64,000 nt of DNA from Takakia lepidozioides (taxonomy: Eukaryota > Plantae > Bryophyta), in contig CM060731.1 in assembly GCA_030704615.1 (NCBI GenBank), positions 43,896,001 through 43,960,000 of the forward strand, read 5' to 3'. The translations under genes and the position numbers were made by a program. A model generated the notes under the pieces. It was not told where the DNA came from, did not search any database, and saw nothing but the letters and a program-made list of their open reading frames with translations. Of this stretch, positions 39,537-52,031 are shown one piece after another. Each line of letters begins with the position of its first letter. Positions within the stretch are counted from its first letter, which is position 1.

Positions 39537-40001
39537 AGGCCTAATGATGGACACGACATAGTTGCCCATGGGCCCAACACTCTCAGCTTCTATATCCTCA
39601 GGTTCTATTTTGTTGATATTGAGAAAGCTGCACGAAGCAGCAGTGACCAAAGTTTAACTAGTTAAAAAACAGACATACATTTTTTGTGCCTTCAGGGAAA
39701 ACATGCTATCTTGCAACATGTGTGTGTGTGTATGTGTGCAAGATTCCTGATCGCACACACACCTTGCCCTAAACGTAGAAAATGGAATAACATTTCATAG
39801 CTGTAGTTATATATGGATGCAACAGCATGCGATTGCATGTGTATATGAGCACCGATGTGGATACACGCATCACACTAAATAATTAGTTGCCTAATTGAAC
39901 TTGGATCTTCACTTGAGCATCTTCCTGCCTCTGATTGCAAAATCTTGATCCACAACCTCCTTGTTATCAGCATGTACTGGCGCGGATTCATGCAAAGCGC
40001 G

Positions 40002-41091
40002 TCAACAGTTACGCCACACCAAACGCCCGTCAATGTTCGCGACATTGTAATTTACATCGTATGATAATCCATATTGAGTGCCGTAATCAAGCTTCTTGCA
40101 AGAAACCAAAATTTTGAAAGGTCCCCCACCCGTTTGGTACTCATATCCATCATTGGTGCACGAGTCTATATAGCCGTGTCCCATCACCAAGTTCCCGTTG
40201 TCGTTGCCTATATACCAGTTGAGATCTAGTTTCACGCCCCACCTACTGCCCTTCCCTCTTATTAGCTTGCAGTAATTGGCTGTGAGAATACTCCCGTCAA
40301 GGGTTGCTCCCAAGCAGGAATCAGTAAAGCCACCACACTGTTTTGAATGGTCATGCCACAACATACACATGAATTAATCATCTATATCGTCGTCCTCCGT
40401 TGGAAATTGGAACAATAAATGCATAATCCAAATTAGGATATATGCCGAGAGCATATTGTCATTCCACTAGCACTTCATCCAAATCCACGAGTAGTAGGCG
40501 GGTACAAGTTCCAAAAATTGGAACAAAAAAAAAAATCTGATAAAAATAAAAAATAAAAAATGCAGCCGGAGGTATCTATTAGTGTTGCAAGATATTTTTT
40601 ATTTTTTATGTCAGCCGGTTACGGATGTCTGACTTTAACCCGATACCTAGAGAACCGTAATATATATCTATGACTCTCAACTCCAAAAGCACCCACAAAC
40701 AATGGACAGGTTGATTATCGAGAATCTACTATAATACATGAGATGACTGTAAAATCTTGCCATGGAAGCACCATACTAAAATTCACCAACGAAAAGTATT
40801 TTGATCAGAAGGTAACTGCGCGGAAGACTGAAAGATGAGGAGCACTGGACAATCACGGGTTCCAAGAGCAGATTAGAACTCCAAACGTACAATAAGCGAT
40901 GATAATGATTCATAGTTCATTAAATAACATTGGTACTAGTCAAACGAGATCAACAACACAAAACACATGAGGGAGGACTTAACAATTTCCAACTATTGGA
41001 GACCTTTACTCACTTGTGCTTGAGCTCCGTTGAGCATTGCAGACATACAGAGCAAAGCTAGAACCGCCATCTTTTGCCACGAATTAGCCAT
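40002..41091 (-). CDS. Secreted cyanovirin-N homolog (CVNH lectin), 137 aa; exons 41091-41014 and 40337-40002
   Basis: Signal peptide MANSWQKMAVLALLCMSAMLNGAQAQ, GTGAGT...CAG intron in phase 0, then CGGFTDSC...LDLNWYIGNDNGNL and GYIDSC...YDVNYNVANIDGRL (two CVNH half-repeats). Confidence 0.9.
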
Positions 41092-42074
41092 GATATTGAT
41101 CTTCACTAGGAGCTCACGTGGAGGAACGGATCACGGGAGACCGATGCTTACAACTGTTGTCTATCTTCCTACTCACCAAGATGGCCTTAGATCAGAGCTG
41201 ATATATGGTATCATGATGGGAAGCTACTCATCGCAAGTAACGTTGTGATCGGCAAACCTGCAAACTTGAGTACTGTGAATGACGATGTAGTGTCCCCACT
41301 ATCCTGCCTTCTTAAGATATACTCGGTTCAAGCACTTGGTTATCCGGAACGGGGGTGGTGCGTAATAGTAACGAAGTCGGTGTGAGTAACCACGTTTTGT
41401 TCTTGTTACCATGTTGGACGGTATGGTGTGTCGTTTACGAACTTACAATTGACTTTTTTATTGTGTGTGAAACACGCGAGTGGGTACCAATATCAGTTCT
41501 GTCGATCAACACATTGGCACACCGGGGAAACAAATTTTTGTCCATTATCGACCGAGACGTCAACTAGAAGCATCTGAAGCCCTCCACGATCGTCTCACGC
41601 TTACACTATAGATAGAAATCCATAGCTTTTGCTATGCTATTCTTGATCAATACTCTTTTTTTAGGAAGTCAATGTCGTTCTTTAATAGAAATGATTAGAA
41701 CCAGAGGATTCAATAAAGCCGCTCGGCTTCATGTTCAGAAGGACCCTTCTAGGTGGATTTGTTGGCTACATTTTCTAGCTTACAGTTCATAGGCTCAGTC
41801 AAGATTTGATCTCGCACTTTTGGTGAGATGATGGTTCGTTTATTCACTGATTACGGTGTGTGTGCCTTATGGTGTAAAAGGGGGTTTTAATTTTTTTTTC
41901 CCGAATAATTTATCAATAAAATAATCAGGGCTACAATCTCCCTGTTCATTAATAATTTTAAAAAAAAATCCAATACCAACCGGTTTCATAGTATTGGAAT
42001 ATTCAGTTAATTCTAATATCCACCGGTTCTCAATAATGGTATGATTTTCTATTGGTGGACGAGTATCAATAGGA

Positions 42075-45000
42075 CGGGTATCAATCTATGAATCGAGACG
42101 TTTGTTTTGTTTTGTTTTGTTTTGTTTTGTTTGTTTTGTCACGTTGAGATGTCCCAAACCGCAAGGTCCCATCCCTGGTGCTAGATAGCCCTCGACGAGG
42201 AGGGGTGCACGGGCTTGGTCTCATGATTTTTGGACCCGCAGTGTGGGAGATGTGGAATTCCAAGTACTTTTGGTCGCTGGAAATTCACAAAAAATAGCAA
42301 AAATGGCAAAGTGGGCATTCCTGGGACAATGGTTGGAGCCTTGACGGGAGAGATATCAAGGGAAAGGTCTCCGGTTCAAATCTGGTCGTAGGCTCTCTGG
42401 CAAAAAAAAATGATTAGATATGGGATTGCACTTGGACTTAGAATGACACTGGACACTTGAGCCTGTACATGGGAGATGCACTTGGATACATGAATAGAAG
42501 ATTGCACTTGGGCTCTTCACACATGGGCCAACGGCATAGGCTACACTAGAGGTCGCACTTGGGCCTCGACATAGGAGACCCACTTGGATACATAAGAAAT
42601 TGCACTTGGGCTTAGATTTCAATTCTTCACACATGGGCCTTGACATAGGAGACGCTACTTGGATACATAGGGGATTACACTTGGACTTAGATTTTAATTC
42701 TTAACACATGAGCCAATGGCACAGGCTACCCTAGGCCTAGATCTCCCAAAGAGGAGGGATTGCACTTGGACTTAGATGATAGTGGACACTTGGGCCAACG
42801 GCACAGGCTACCTAGTCAATACATGAATCGAGACGTTTGTTTTGTTTTGTAGCGTCATTGAGATCTCCCAAACCGCGGGGCCCAGCCCCGGTGCTTGGTG
42901 CCGTTGGAAAGCCCTCGACGAGGAGGGGTGCACGGGCTTGGTCTCATGACTTTTGGACCTGCGGTGTGGGAGATACGGAATTCCAAGTACTTTTAGTCGC
43001 TGAAAATTCACGAAAAATAGCAAAAATGGCAAAGTGGGCATTCCTAGGACAATGGTTGTAGACTCGACGAGAGAGATATCAAGGGAAAGGTCTCCGGTTC
43101 AAATCTGGTCATAGGCTCTGTGGAAAAAAAACTTACTTAGATGACATTGGACACTTGGGCCAACGACAAAGGCTACCCTAGAGGTTGCATTTGGGCCTCG
43201 ACATAGGAGACGCACTTTGATACATAGGGGATTGCACTTGGACTTAGATGACACTGGACACTTCCAAGGGCCAACGGCACAGGCTACCCCAGAGACGGAT
43301 ACATAGAAGACTGCACTTGGGCTTAAATTAATGGCCTCGACATAGGAGACGCACTTGCCTACATAGGAAATTGCACTTGGTCTTAGATTTCACACATAAG
43401 CCAAAGGCGTAGGCTACACTCGAGGTCGCACTTGGGCCTCAACACATGAGACGCACTTATATATGAAAATTGTACTTGGTCTTAGATTTCAATTATTCAC
43501 ACACATGGGTCAAAGGCACATGCTACCCTAGAGGTTGCACTAGGGCCTCGACATAGAGGTCGCATTGGGATACATAGAAGATCTTACACTTGGGCTTAGA
43601 TGACACTGGACACTTGGGCCAACGGCACAGGCTACCCTAGCCAGTTTGTTTGTTTTGTTTTGTTTTGTTTTGTTTTGTAGCTTTGAGATGTCCCAAACCG
43701 CGGGCCTAGCGCTTGTGCTTGGTCCTATTGGAAAGCCCTCGATGATGAGAGGTGCACACCGGCTTGGTCTTGTGATTTTTGGACCTACGGTGTGGGAGAT
43801 GTGGAATTTCAAGTACTTTGGGTCATTGGAAATTCGGGAAAAACAACAAAGTTGGCTTTCCTGGGACAATGATTGGAGCCTTGACAGGAGAGATATCAAG
43901 GGAAAGGTCTCCACTTCAAATCTGGAAAATGAATGCATTTGGACTTAGATGACATTGGACACTTGGGCCAACAGCACAGGCTACCCTAGAGACGAGAGAT
44001 ATATCAATAATGATAGGATACATTACTACTCAATAAATTCATGGAAAAAAAAAAAATCGGGCCTTGACACGGAAGACGTACTGGGATATGATTGCACACA
44101 AGGCTTAGATGGGCCTCGACATGGGGACGCACATGGGAGATGTCTTTGGATACATAGGAGACACACTTGGATACATAGGAGATTGCACTTGGGCTTAGAT
44201 GACGCTGGAAACTTGGGCCAACGGCACAGGCTACCCTAGTTCCAATTGTAATACTAGCCGGTTATAAACCCGGATATCAACATATGAAGCAAGCCAGTTT
44301 GTTGTTTTGTTTTGTTTTGTAGCGTCATTGAGATCTCCCAAACCGCGGGGCCCAGCGCGGGTGCTTGTTGTCATTAGAAAGCCCTCGGTGATCAGGAGGG
44401 GTGCACCGGCTTGGTCTCATGATTTTTGGACCAGCGGTGTGAGAGATCTGGAATTTCAAGTGCTTTGGGTCGTTGGAAATTTGAGAAAAATAGCAAAGTG
44501 GGCTTTCCTGTAGCAATGATTGGGCCTTCATGTGGGAGATTTGGAATTTCAAATACTTTTGGTCGCTGGAAATTCGCAAAAAATAGCAAAGTGGATATAT
44601 CAATATATGAAGCCTCGACAAGGGAGATTGCAAAAATAGCAAAGTGGGCAATGACATAGAGATCTCCCAAGCTGTAGGTCTTTGGATACATTGGGGATGA
44701 CAGTGGACAGTGGAGGTCACACTTGGGCCTCTACACGGGAGATGCACTTGGATACATGAATAGAAGATTGCACTTGGGCCTAGATTTCAATTTTTCACAC
44801 ATGGGCCAACGGCATAGGCTACACTAGAGATCGCACTTGGGCCCCAACATAAGAGATGCACTGGGATACATAAGAAATTGCACTTGGTCTTAAATGACAG
44901 TGGACACTTGGGCATCTACATGGGAGATGCACTTGGATACATAAAAGATTGCACACTGGGCTTAGATGGGCCTCGACATAGGAGACGCACATGGGAGATG

Positions 45001-45950
45001 CCATTGGATACATAGGAGACGCACTTGGGTTTAAATGACAGTGGACACTTGGGCCTCTACACGGGAGATGCACTTGGATACATAAGAGATTGCACTTGGG
45101 CTTAGATGGGCCTCGACATAGGAGACGCACTAGGATACATGAGAAATTGCACTTGGTCTTAGATTTCAATTATTCACACATCGGCCAGCGGCACAAGCTA
45201 CCGTAGAGATCGACTTGGGCCTCGACATGTGAGATGCATTTGGATACATAGGAGATTTCACATGGGCTTAGATGACCCTAGACACTTGGGCCAACGGCAC
45301 AAGCTACCCTAGTCAAAATATGAAGAGAGCCATTTTGTTTGTTTGTTTGTTTTGTTTTGTTTTGTTTTGTTTTGTAGCGTTGAAATGTCCCAAACCGCGA
45401 GGCTCCGGCACTGGTGCTTGGTGCCGTTGGAAAGCCCTCGACGAGGAGGGGAGGAGGGGTGCACCGGCTTGGTCTCATGACTTTTGGACCTGCGGTGTGG
45501 GAGACGTTGAATTTCAAGTACTTATGGTCGTTGGAAATTCGAAAAAAATACCAAAGTGGACATTCCTAGGACAATGGTTGGAGCCTCGACATGAGAGATA
45601 TAAAGGGAAAGGTCTCCGGTTCAAATCTGGTCGTAGGCTCTGTGGCAAAAAAATGATGAGATACGGCTTACACGAATTTCAAGTTACTTTTTGTCGGTGG
45701 ACAATGATTGGAGCCTCAACATGAGAGATATCAAGGGAAAGGTCTCCGGTTCAAATCAGGTTGTAGATTCCGTAGAAAAAAAATGATTAGACTTGGATGA
45801 CGTAGATGACATTGGATACTTGGGCCAACGGCACAAGCCCTGGAGGTCACACTTGGGCGTAGACATAGGATACGCACTTGAATGCATAGGAGATTGCACT
45901 TGGGCTTAGATGACCCTGGACACTTGGGCCAACGGCACAGGCTACCCAAG
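42075..45950 (+). repeat. Complex tandem array: ~280-bp units interleaved with a CACTTGG-based minisatellite
   Basis: Long unit near 42130, 42845, 43675, 44315 and 45370, plus partial copies; many GATTGCACTTGGGCTTAGATG and GGCCAACGGCACAGGCTACCCTAG subunits. Confidence 0.9.
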
Positions 45951-46485
45951 TAAATAATTAAAATTACCACCAAATCATTAATATGCCTTTAATTTAGAAG
46001 CATACTTGATTTGCAAAGTAAATATTCTGATGCAAAATTCAGACTAATTTGCATTACATAATAATATTGCGGATTTTAGTATGCACATTGCAAAGTGAAA
46101 CGAGCCTCATTGTCAAACATGCCAGCATCTGCAATGAGGTCCTCCTCTTCATCAATCATATTGTCTTCCGACAAAAAAAAAACTTTGATCCCTTGCTCAA
46201 CCACATTGCAATCCGTCCGCACGTCATCCGGCCCATCATTTAATAGCACTAATTTGTCGGGGTTGTGAATGCCAAGTCGACAGAGGTCGGAGTCATGAGC
46301 TTGTCGGGCACGATGTAGCTTTGCAATGGCAGTGAGGAGCGAACTTCGGATGCTAGTGAGACCTCCCAATAAAATAGGCATATGTGCCTGCACTTGTTGA
46401 CCCAAAAAGACATCGATCCTTAATCATTCTTGGTGCTGAAGATCACTTGTTGGTCTCTAGATTTCACCTCCATACCATGTAGCCT

Positions 46486-46749
46486 CTATGTCCACAACCA
46501 AAAAGCTGCATTCCTGCAACTGTTGGCTCCTTGTTTGACACTTCGACAACATGTATAACTATTCTTCCTTGATCTCCACCCATTTTTGAGTCTCAAGGAC
46601 GTCATTGCGGCCTTCGTCATCGACCACCGATAAGCATTCTGCCATTTCTTACAAACACCTTTCAACGGTAGATAGTACGAGCGAGGCACCCGCGCGATAC
46701 CTTCCAATACCACATGGTATGTCAACCCCAGAGTCAGGACGTTTGTCAT
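46486..46749 (-). pseudogene. F-box domain fragment (F-box/kelch type)
   Basis: LTLGLTYHVVLEGIARVPRSYYLPLKGVCKKW matches the LIPGLP..VA..CLARVP...L..VCK.W pattern; no kelch repeats are visible. Confidence 0.6.
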
Positions 46750-48719
46750 TCGACCGGTCCTCTCTCTGATGGGATGCCACGTTTTGCAGATTCGCTAAGT
46801 TTTTCGACAATTCCCAGATAAATAACGATTGTCATGTTTTGGCAGCACAATGCCGAAATTGCCTTCTTAATGAATAAAAAACCAACGAAAAATAAATTGT
46901 ACCATTTTATGCATCTACATGGCCACCACATATTTTGGAAGCGGTAGGCTCTGACTTAGGCACACTGGACCTGCCAATGAAATTCTAGAACCTGGATTTG
47001 CATACCCTGAAATTGCCTTAAGGAAAGTAAGTGGCTTGGGTATTCCTTAGCAGTATGACCAGCGGCAGGAGGCTACACCAAGCACTCAGGCAACAGAAGC
47101 TCCTGGCCCCAGTACCTATACTCAAGTGGTGAACCCTGCAGTGGCCAGCGGCAACACACCACAACTGGTGGAAGTTCCAGAATCTATGAATCGGGCAGAA
47201 AATAGGGGCAAGCAAATCACATAAGTATCTTTTGAGGCAGTACCAAGAATCGTTCCTGCACCACCAAGTCTTGAGAAGGGGGCAGAGAAGGGGGCATAGA
47301 TCTTTGGGGGACTTCTGGAAAGTGCTCGCCCCCACCACAAACTCTGTTTCATTACTACCATATCTGTAGGTATTGTTTTCCCTTACGAGCTGGGTTGCCC
47401 ACATTTGCGTTAGGGGAAACTATATCCATTATGGCCTTTGCATTAGTTTGGCAAGCAGGGCCACTGGAATACCAAAAGCTTTTGGCCTTCATGATAATTG
47501 TTGGCCACTTAAAAACAACAGTATCTGAGGTAGCTGACATAGTTGCAGGAAGCATTCCATACTATGCAGGTGCGTGTTTTCTCATGCGTTCATAGGTCGA
47601 ACGGCAGAAGCAAACATAGAGGTTTGCAGATTATGCCAGAAATGACAAATTGGCTCTTCCACCCCTTTGTGTAATTCCAAGAGGAGAGCCAGAATTCATG
47701 ATATAGGGTTGTCCCCGATACAGGGAGATTCTTAATAGGGCTCTGGAGCAGCTCCGCATGACAATCAATGAGGACCATGTGTTTCACCGCGGACAAACAA
47801 CGCATACTTGGTTGGTATAGACAAATGCAACGAAGCATTGGCCGAATTACACTAAGCATGAGATAGCACATTATCTCAATGGTATCAAGACACGAGTTAC
47901 GGCCATGCTACAATATAAGCGGCTGGATCATACAGGCCGTATGCAGCACTGCCAGGGTCAGAGGAGGAGAATACGATCCGTAGACCTACATGATGGGATG
48001 TGGAGGGTGAATGCAGGGTTGACTGGACCAAAATGGACGTTACCAGCACAGTTTTAGATGACTGCAATTGATGGTGTCATCAATTGAAATTGAATTAACT
48101 CATTAAAACCAGCAAATATATATGTCACTGAATTCCTAGCTTCAATACGCACCCATAGCAACTCTCCAATCATGAATCCGATAAGAAATGACTCCGCTAT
48201 GGACTTTTGAACACCGTCATTGTGGACTGTTACCGCAATGAATGGAATTACAATGGACTTAGTTCTCCTATGTGCCATTGGGTGAAATTTGGACATAAGG
48301 TGGCCATTTTGGTCCACATCATAGGTATATATTTGAAGTGGCAAAATAATTTGTCATTTGACTCATATGGACTAATATATGTAAAACAAATAGGCGTTTT
48401 TTGAAAAGTCCATAGCTCATCTTGGCTTTTGGATTTTGGGTGTCATTTTTTTTCTAGAATATAAAAACCTATAATCTTCAATGGCTAGGTGTCATATTGA
48501 AATGTTTTTGTAAACTCTAATTTTTAGTTTTTCATAATTTCTCTAAATAATAGACTAAAATGTTTAATGAATTATATCTTTAATATTTGGGGTAGGACGC
48601 TTTACTAAATATGTTTAGTATACCATTATCTATCATTAAAAAAAAATTTGGGATAGTATCATCAACTTTTGTTTTTTGGTCATGGACTTTCATGGAGCAG
48701 GATCTGCCGTTTTTGGTCC

Positions 48720-50800
48720 ACTCAACCCTGCAACTGCCCTGGAGCCCCAGGACACACGGAGGAGGTTCGGTTCTCAACCACACCGCTCACCTTCCCAACC
48801 AAAAGATGTCGCGTCAACTCCCCAGCAACAGAGGCAGCAGCGAAGATGAACCATTGGACACTGCCTTTTCGCAGAGGGGAGGATAGTGTACACCAGGTGG
48901 AGCAGCCACAGCTAGCATAGCGGCAAAGATAGAGGCAGAAGGGAAGTACCCCTATTTTTGACGATTACAGCATAGACCATAGCCATAGCCATAGAGCACT
49001 ATGAGCTGTCTATGGTGATCATAGGCAGAGGCCATCCATAGACAAGTCACTATGATACGACTATGGTAACCATAGCCATACACAATAGACATAGCCATAG
49101 GGCACTGTGAGGCATCTATGATGACCATACCCATAGACCGATCATAGACAAACGGTTGATCATAGAGGAGTTAATAAACTCCCCCGCAGGAGTTATTTCA
49201 TCATAGGCTATGATGGCGGTTAGGGAAACCGTGGAGCATTTAAGACAGACACAAAGTTGTAAAGGGGATCGTTGAACAACACTTTGTGGAGGGGGTCCTG
49301 AGTTATGATACAGCCTTAGGCCTGCGTGTAAGAGTCTACGCATCTGTTCCAAAGTAGGATGCACTTAGTCGACGGAGCGTGATGAGGGACAGGGAGCCTT
49401 GTATTCATTGCTATGAGCTGATATTGATGATCTTATTTGGAAACCATACTTGTGTCTTAATACTTTGATTACTTAAGATAGAAATGATCTCAACATCTGG
49501 GTGCATATTGAGATCCCATGCACATAGGAACATGCCTGATATACAAATTTCAGCTCTATGGCACACCTAAGTAGAGGGTTGTAGCTACTGAAGCCAGTGA
49601 AGACCCTTACACAGATCACATGAGCTACCTTCACTAAGGAGAACCAACCTATCTAGGTAAAGGATACCCAAGTTCACTAACGTCATGAAGCCTTGTTATA
49701 ACCAGAAGTATGAACCTTCATTAATCCACCATGATACCACCCGCAACAAGTCATGTCTACCGACTCTGAACAGCAGGAATACTTAAAGTATTCCAATTCC
49801 TCCTACCTTGAGTACTCGCCAAGATTGACGAAGGGATGGGTGTATAAAAATTGTACAACACTACATACCAAACCTAAACCCTATGCAACCCAACCATCCA
49901 ACTGCTAACCAGATTCATGACACTACGAAAATATTCCAGAGAGAATCATACACAAGCAGTGACCACCCAGCCTAAGTATTGATAGCCATGACAGAGAATG
50001 GCAACACTAAACAATGCCAACTAAGAAGACCAAACTAAGGAGTGATCAAACTTGTGAATCAAAACACCTTGGAAATGCAGCTCCCCAACAACATTTAAAG
50101 ATCATTGACACTCACTAATTCAAGCACTCTCTCATGAAAGAGGCTGCATGAGGCATGCAGAAAGTTCAACCCAACCGTCCCACTCTAAACTGCTTACATG
50201 TCCCTCCTTCCTGAGTGTCCTATTTCCCACATACAAGGTATTAAAGCAGCTGCTACACTACAGCTGAAAAGAAAACCCCTTCCATATAAAGCCTAAATTT
50301 GTCACTACATGTTAGTTTCTTATCTGCAGCCCTTGGTCAATCAATTGCACACCAGAACACACTCGTACTACCAATGATACAACATCAACTACATATACGA
50401 AATGACATAAACAAGAAATGCTACCACCAGATACTACAAAATACCATGTGGCCCAAATAACAAGCCATCAGCTGCATACAGCAGCCCTCAGCCCAATGAA
50501 CACATAACCACCAGATGCCCCAAAACTGCTGCGTGCTTCTCTCTTCAATTACAAAATTTCCAGTTCACCAAAACTCCAGAGTACAACATCCCTCCAACAC
50601 TTTTCCAATCTCCTCACTACATCAATTCTCCTCTTCCATCCTCTCTCTCCCTTTCCACATAACATCCCGCAATTCCAATTCTAGGATTTTCCACGATGAA
50701 CGTATCCCAGCATCCATTAGGGATGGAATACAAAAATTCATCATTGGACTTGAACAAATTCAAACCACAGACAAGAAAAAGAAAATGCACCAAGGATTCA
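48720..50800 (+). mobile_element. Highly decayed LTR retrotransposon: chromodomain-like end, PPT, LTR from ~48887, gag-like remnants
   Basis: AGAGGGGAGGATAG followed by TGTACA; CATAGC minisatellite in the presumed LTR; a W..KFIIGL-like remnant near 50720. Boundaries are uncertain. Confidence 0.4.
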
Positions 50801-50805
50801 CACTA

Positions 50806-51369
50806 AGTTGTGCTCTCAGATTCTACAAGGTGCCCCAGATGCTTGTGCTGATTGATTACCTGTGTGTAATTTCTCTTCAGACCGATGCCATGATGGCAGA
50901 TTCATAGTCAACTGTATGTTGCTAAGCTCAAGTATTACACAACCTTGGGCATCACAATTTGAAGCATACCTGAAGTTGGCTTGCTAATGTCTTCTACAAA
51001 CAGTCATTCTTTCACAAAGTGCTTGGCCGCTCCCGCGAAAAAATCTGTCTGGTTGAAATGAAGAGACCGAGTTGGCTTGATACATGCGCAGAAGCAGTAA
51101 TCAAACACATGTCAAGCTGAAGTCTCTGATGTGGTTTAACACTTATGAGAAAGTTTGTTTGCTGCATTACAATGGCTTCTATGCAAGTGGCTTTGAGTGC
51201 AAAGCTGGAACCTGGAGGGCTCTATTTGGCTATGCAGTTGCTTGATCTTTACTGGGACCACAACAGGAGAAGATGCAAGCGCATGGATTTTGTGTAGCTG
51301 CAAGTGCTAGCGCTCAGTACTTGTGTCCATGTTGCCAGCAATTGCCTCAACACTACAAGGTATTGCTTC
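50806..51369 (+). pseudogene. Duplicated intron 1 / exon 2 of the cyclin-like gene (source 17559-18077)
   Basis: Near-identical sequence; acceptor CAG changed to CAA; in-frame CAG to TAG; small insertions. Confidence 0.9.
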
Positions 51370-51639
51370 CGAGTCTGATGCAGACTGCATATATATCGCC
51401 TGGTTGTTCGGAGAAAACCAAGGCATGGAAGTGATGGTACACTCGGTAGCGACCGAGGCACTTCCAGAGTTCGAGTTGTTGACTGAGCTCTTTTCCATAT
51501 CCACCGAACAGGTTGGGCTACAGGGAACAGGAGATTCCTCAGGAGGAGAACGGCGAGATCATTGACATGAGAATCGTAGAGGAGGCTGACCTGTAGAGGG
51601 ATGTCATGAAACATAGCACCCCCTACATTCCATATTTGC

Positions 51640-52031
51640 AACAGGGTTCCAGCGGATCTCGGTTTGAGCCCGGATCAACCTTTACGTCAGAACCAACAAT
51701 GCAATTGGTCGACATGGCGGTCGGAGGAGAATCGCCCAAAATGGTGAAGGTTGGGTCCACTTGACATCTGAACATGCATTGGAATATCAAGCCTTGTTCA
51801 AAGAATTTCGGGACATCTTCGCGTGGTCCTACATTGAGTTGAAGGGGGTGCCTTCTTATGTGGCAATGCATTCCATTCTCCTGATTCCAAGAGCTACGCC
51901 ACGATGACAACGAGGGAGAAGAGTGAATCCCAATTTGGCGCTACTCATTAAGACAAAGATCAAAAAACTACTGGTCGCTGAGTTTATCTTCCTTGTAGAT
52001 ACATCGGCCTGGGTGTCCCTGATAACGGCTA
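51640..52031 (+). pseudogene. pol fragment (pre-RT region) of a non-chromovirus Gypsy
   Basis: EFRDIFAWSYIELKGVP...HSIPLIP...RRVNPNLALLIKTKIKKLLVAEFI...WVSLI. Confidence 0.75.

Noticed and set aside
40338-40370. ORF-track start MCMLWHDHSK for CVNH
   Set aside because: Intronic; a CAG acceptor and an upstream signal-peptide exon fit better.
42075-45950. CRISPR-like repeat/spacer appearance
   Set aside because: The intervening sequences are themselves repeated, the repeats are degenerate, there are no cas genes, and the context is eukaryotic.
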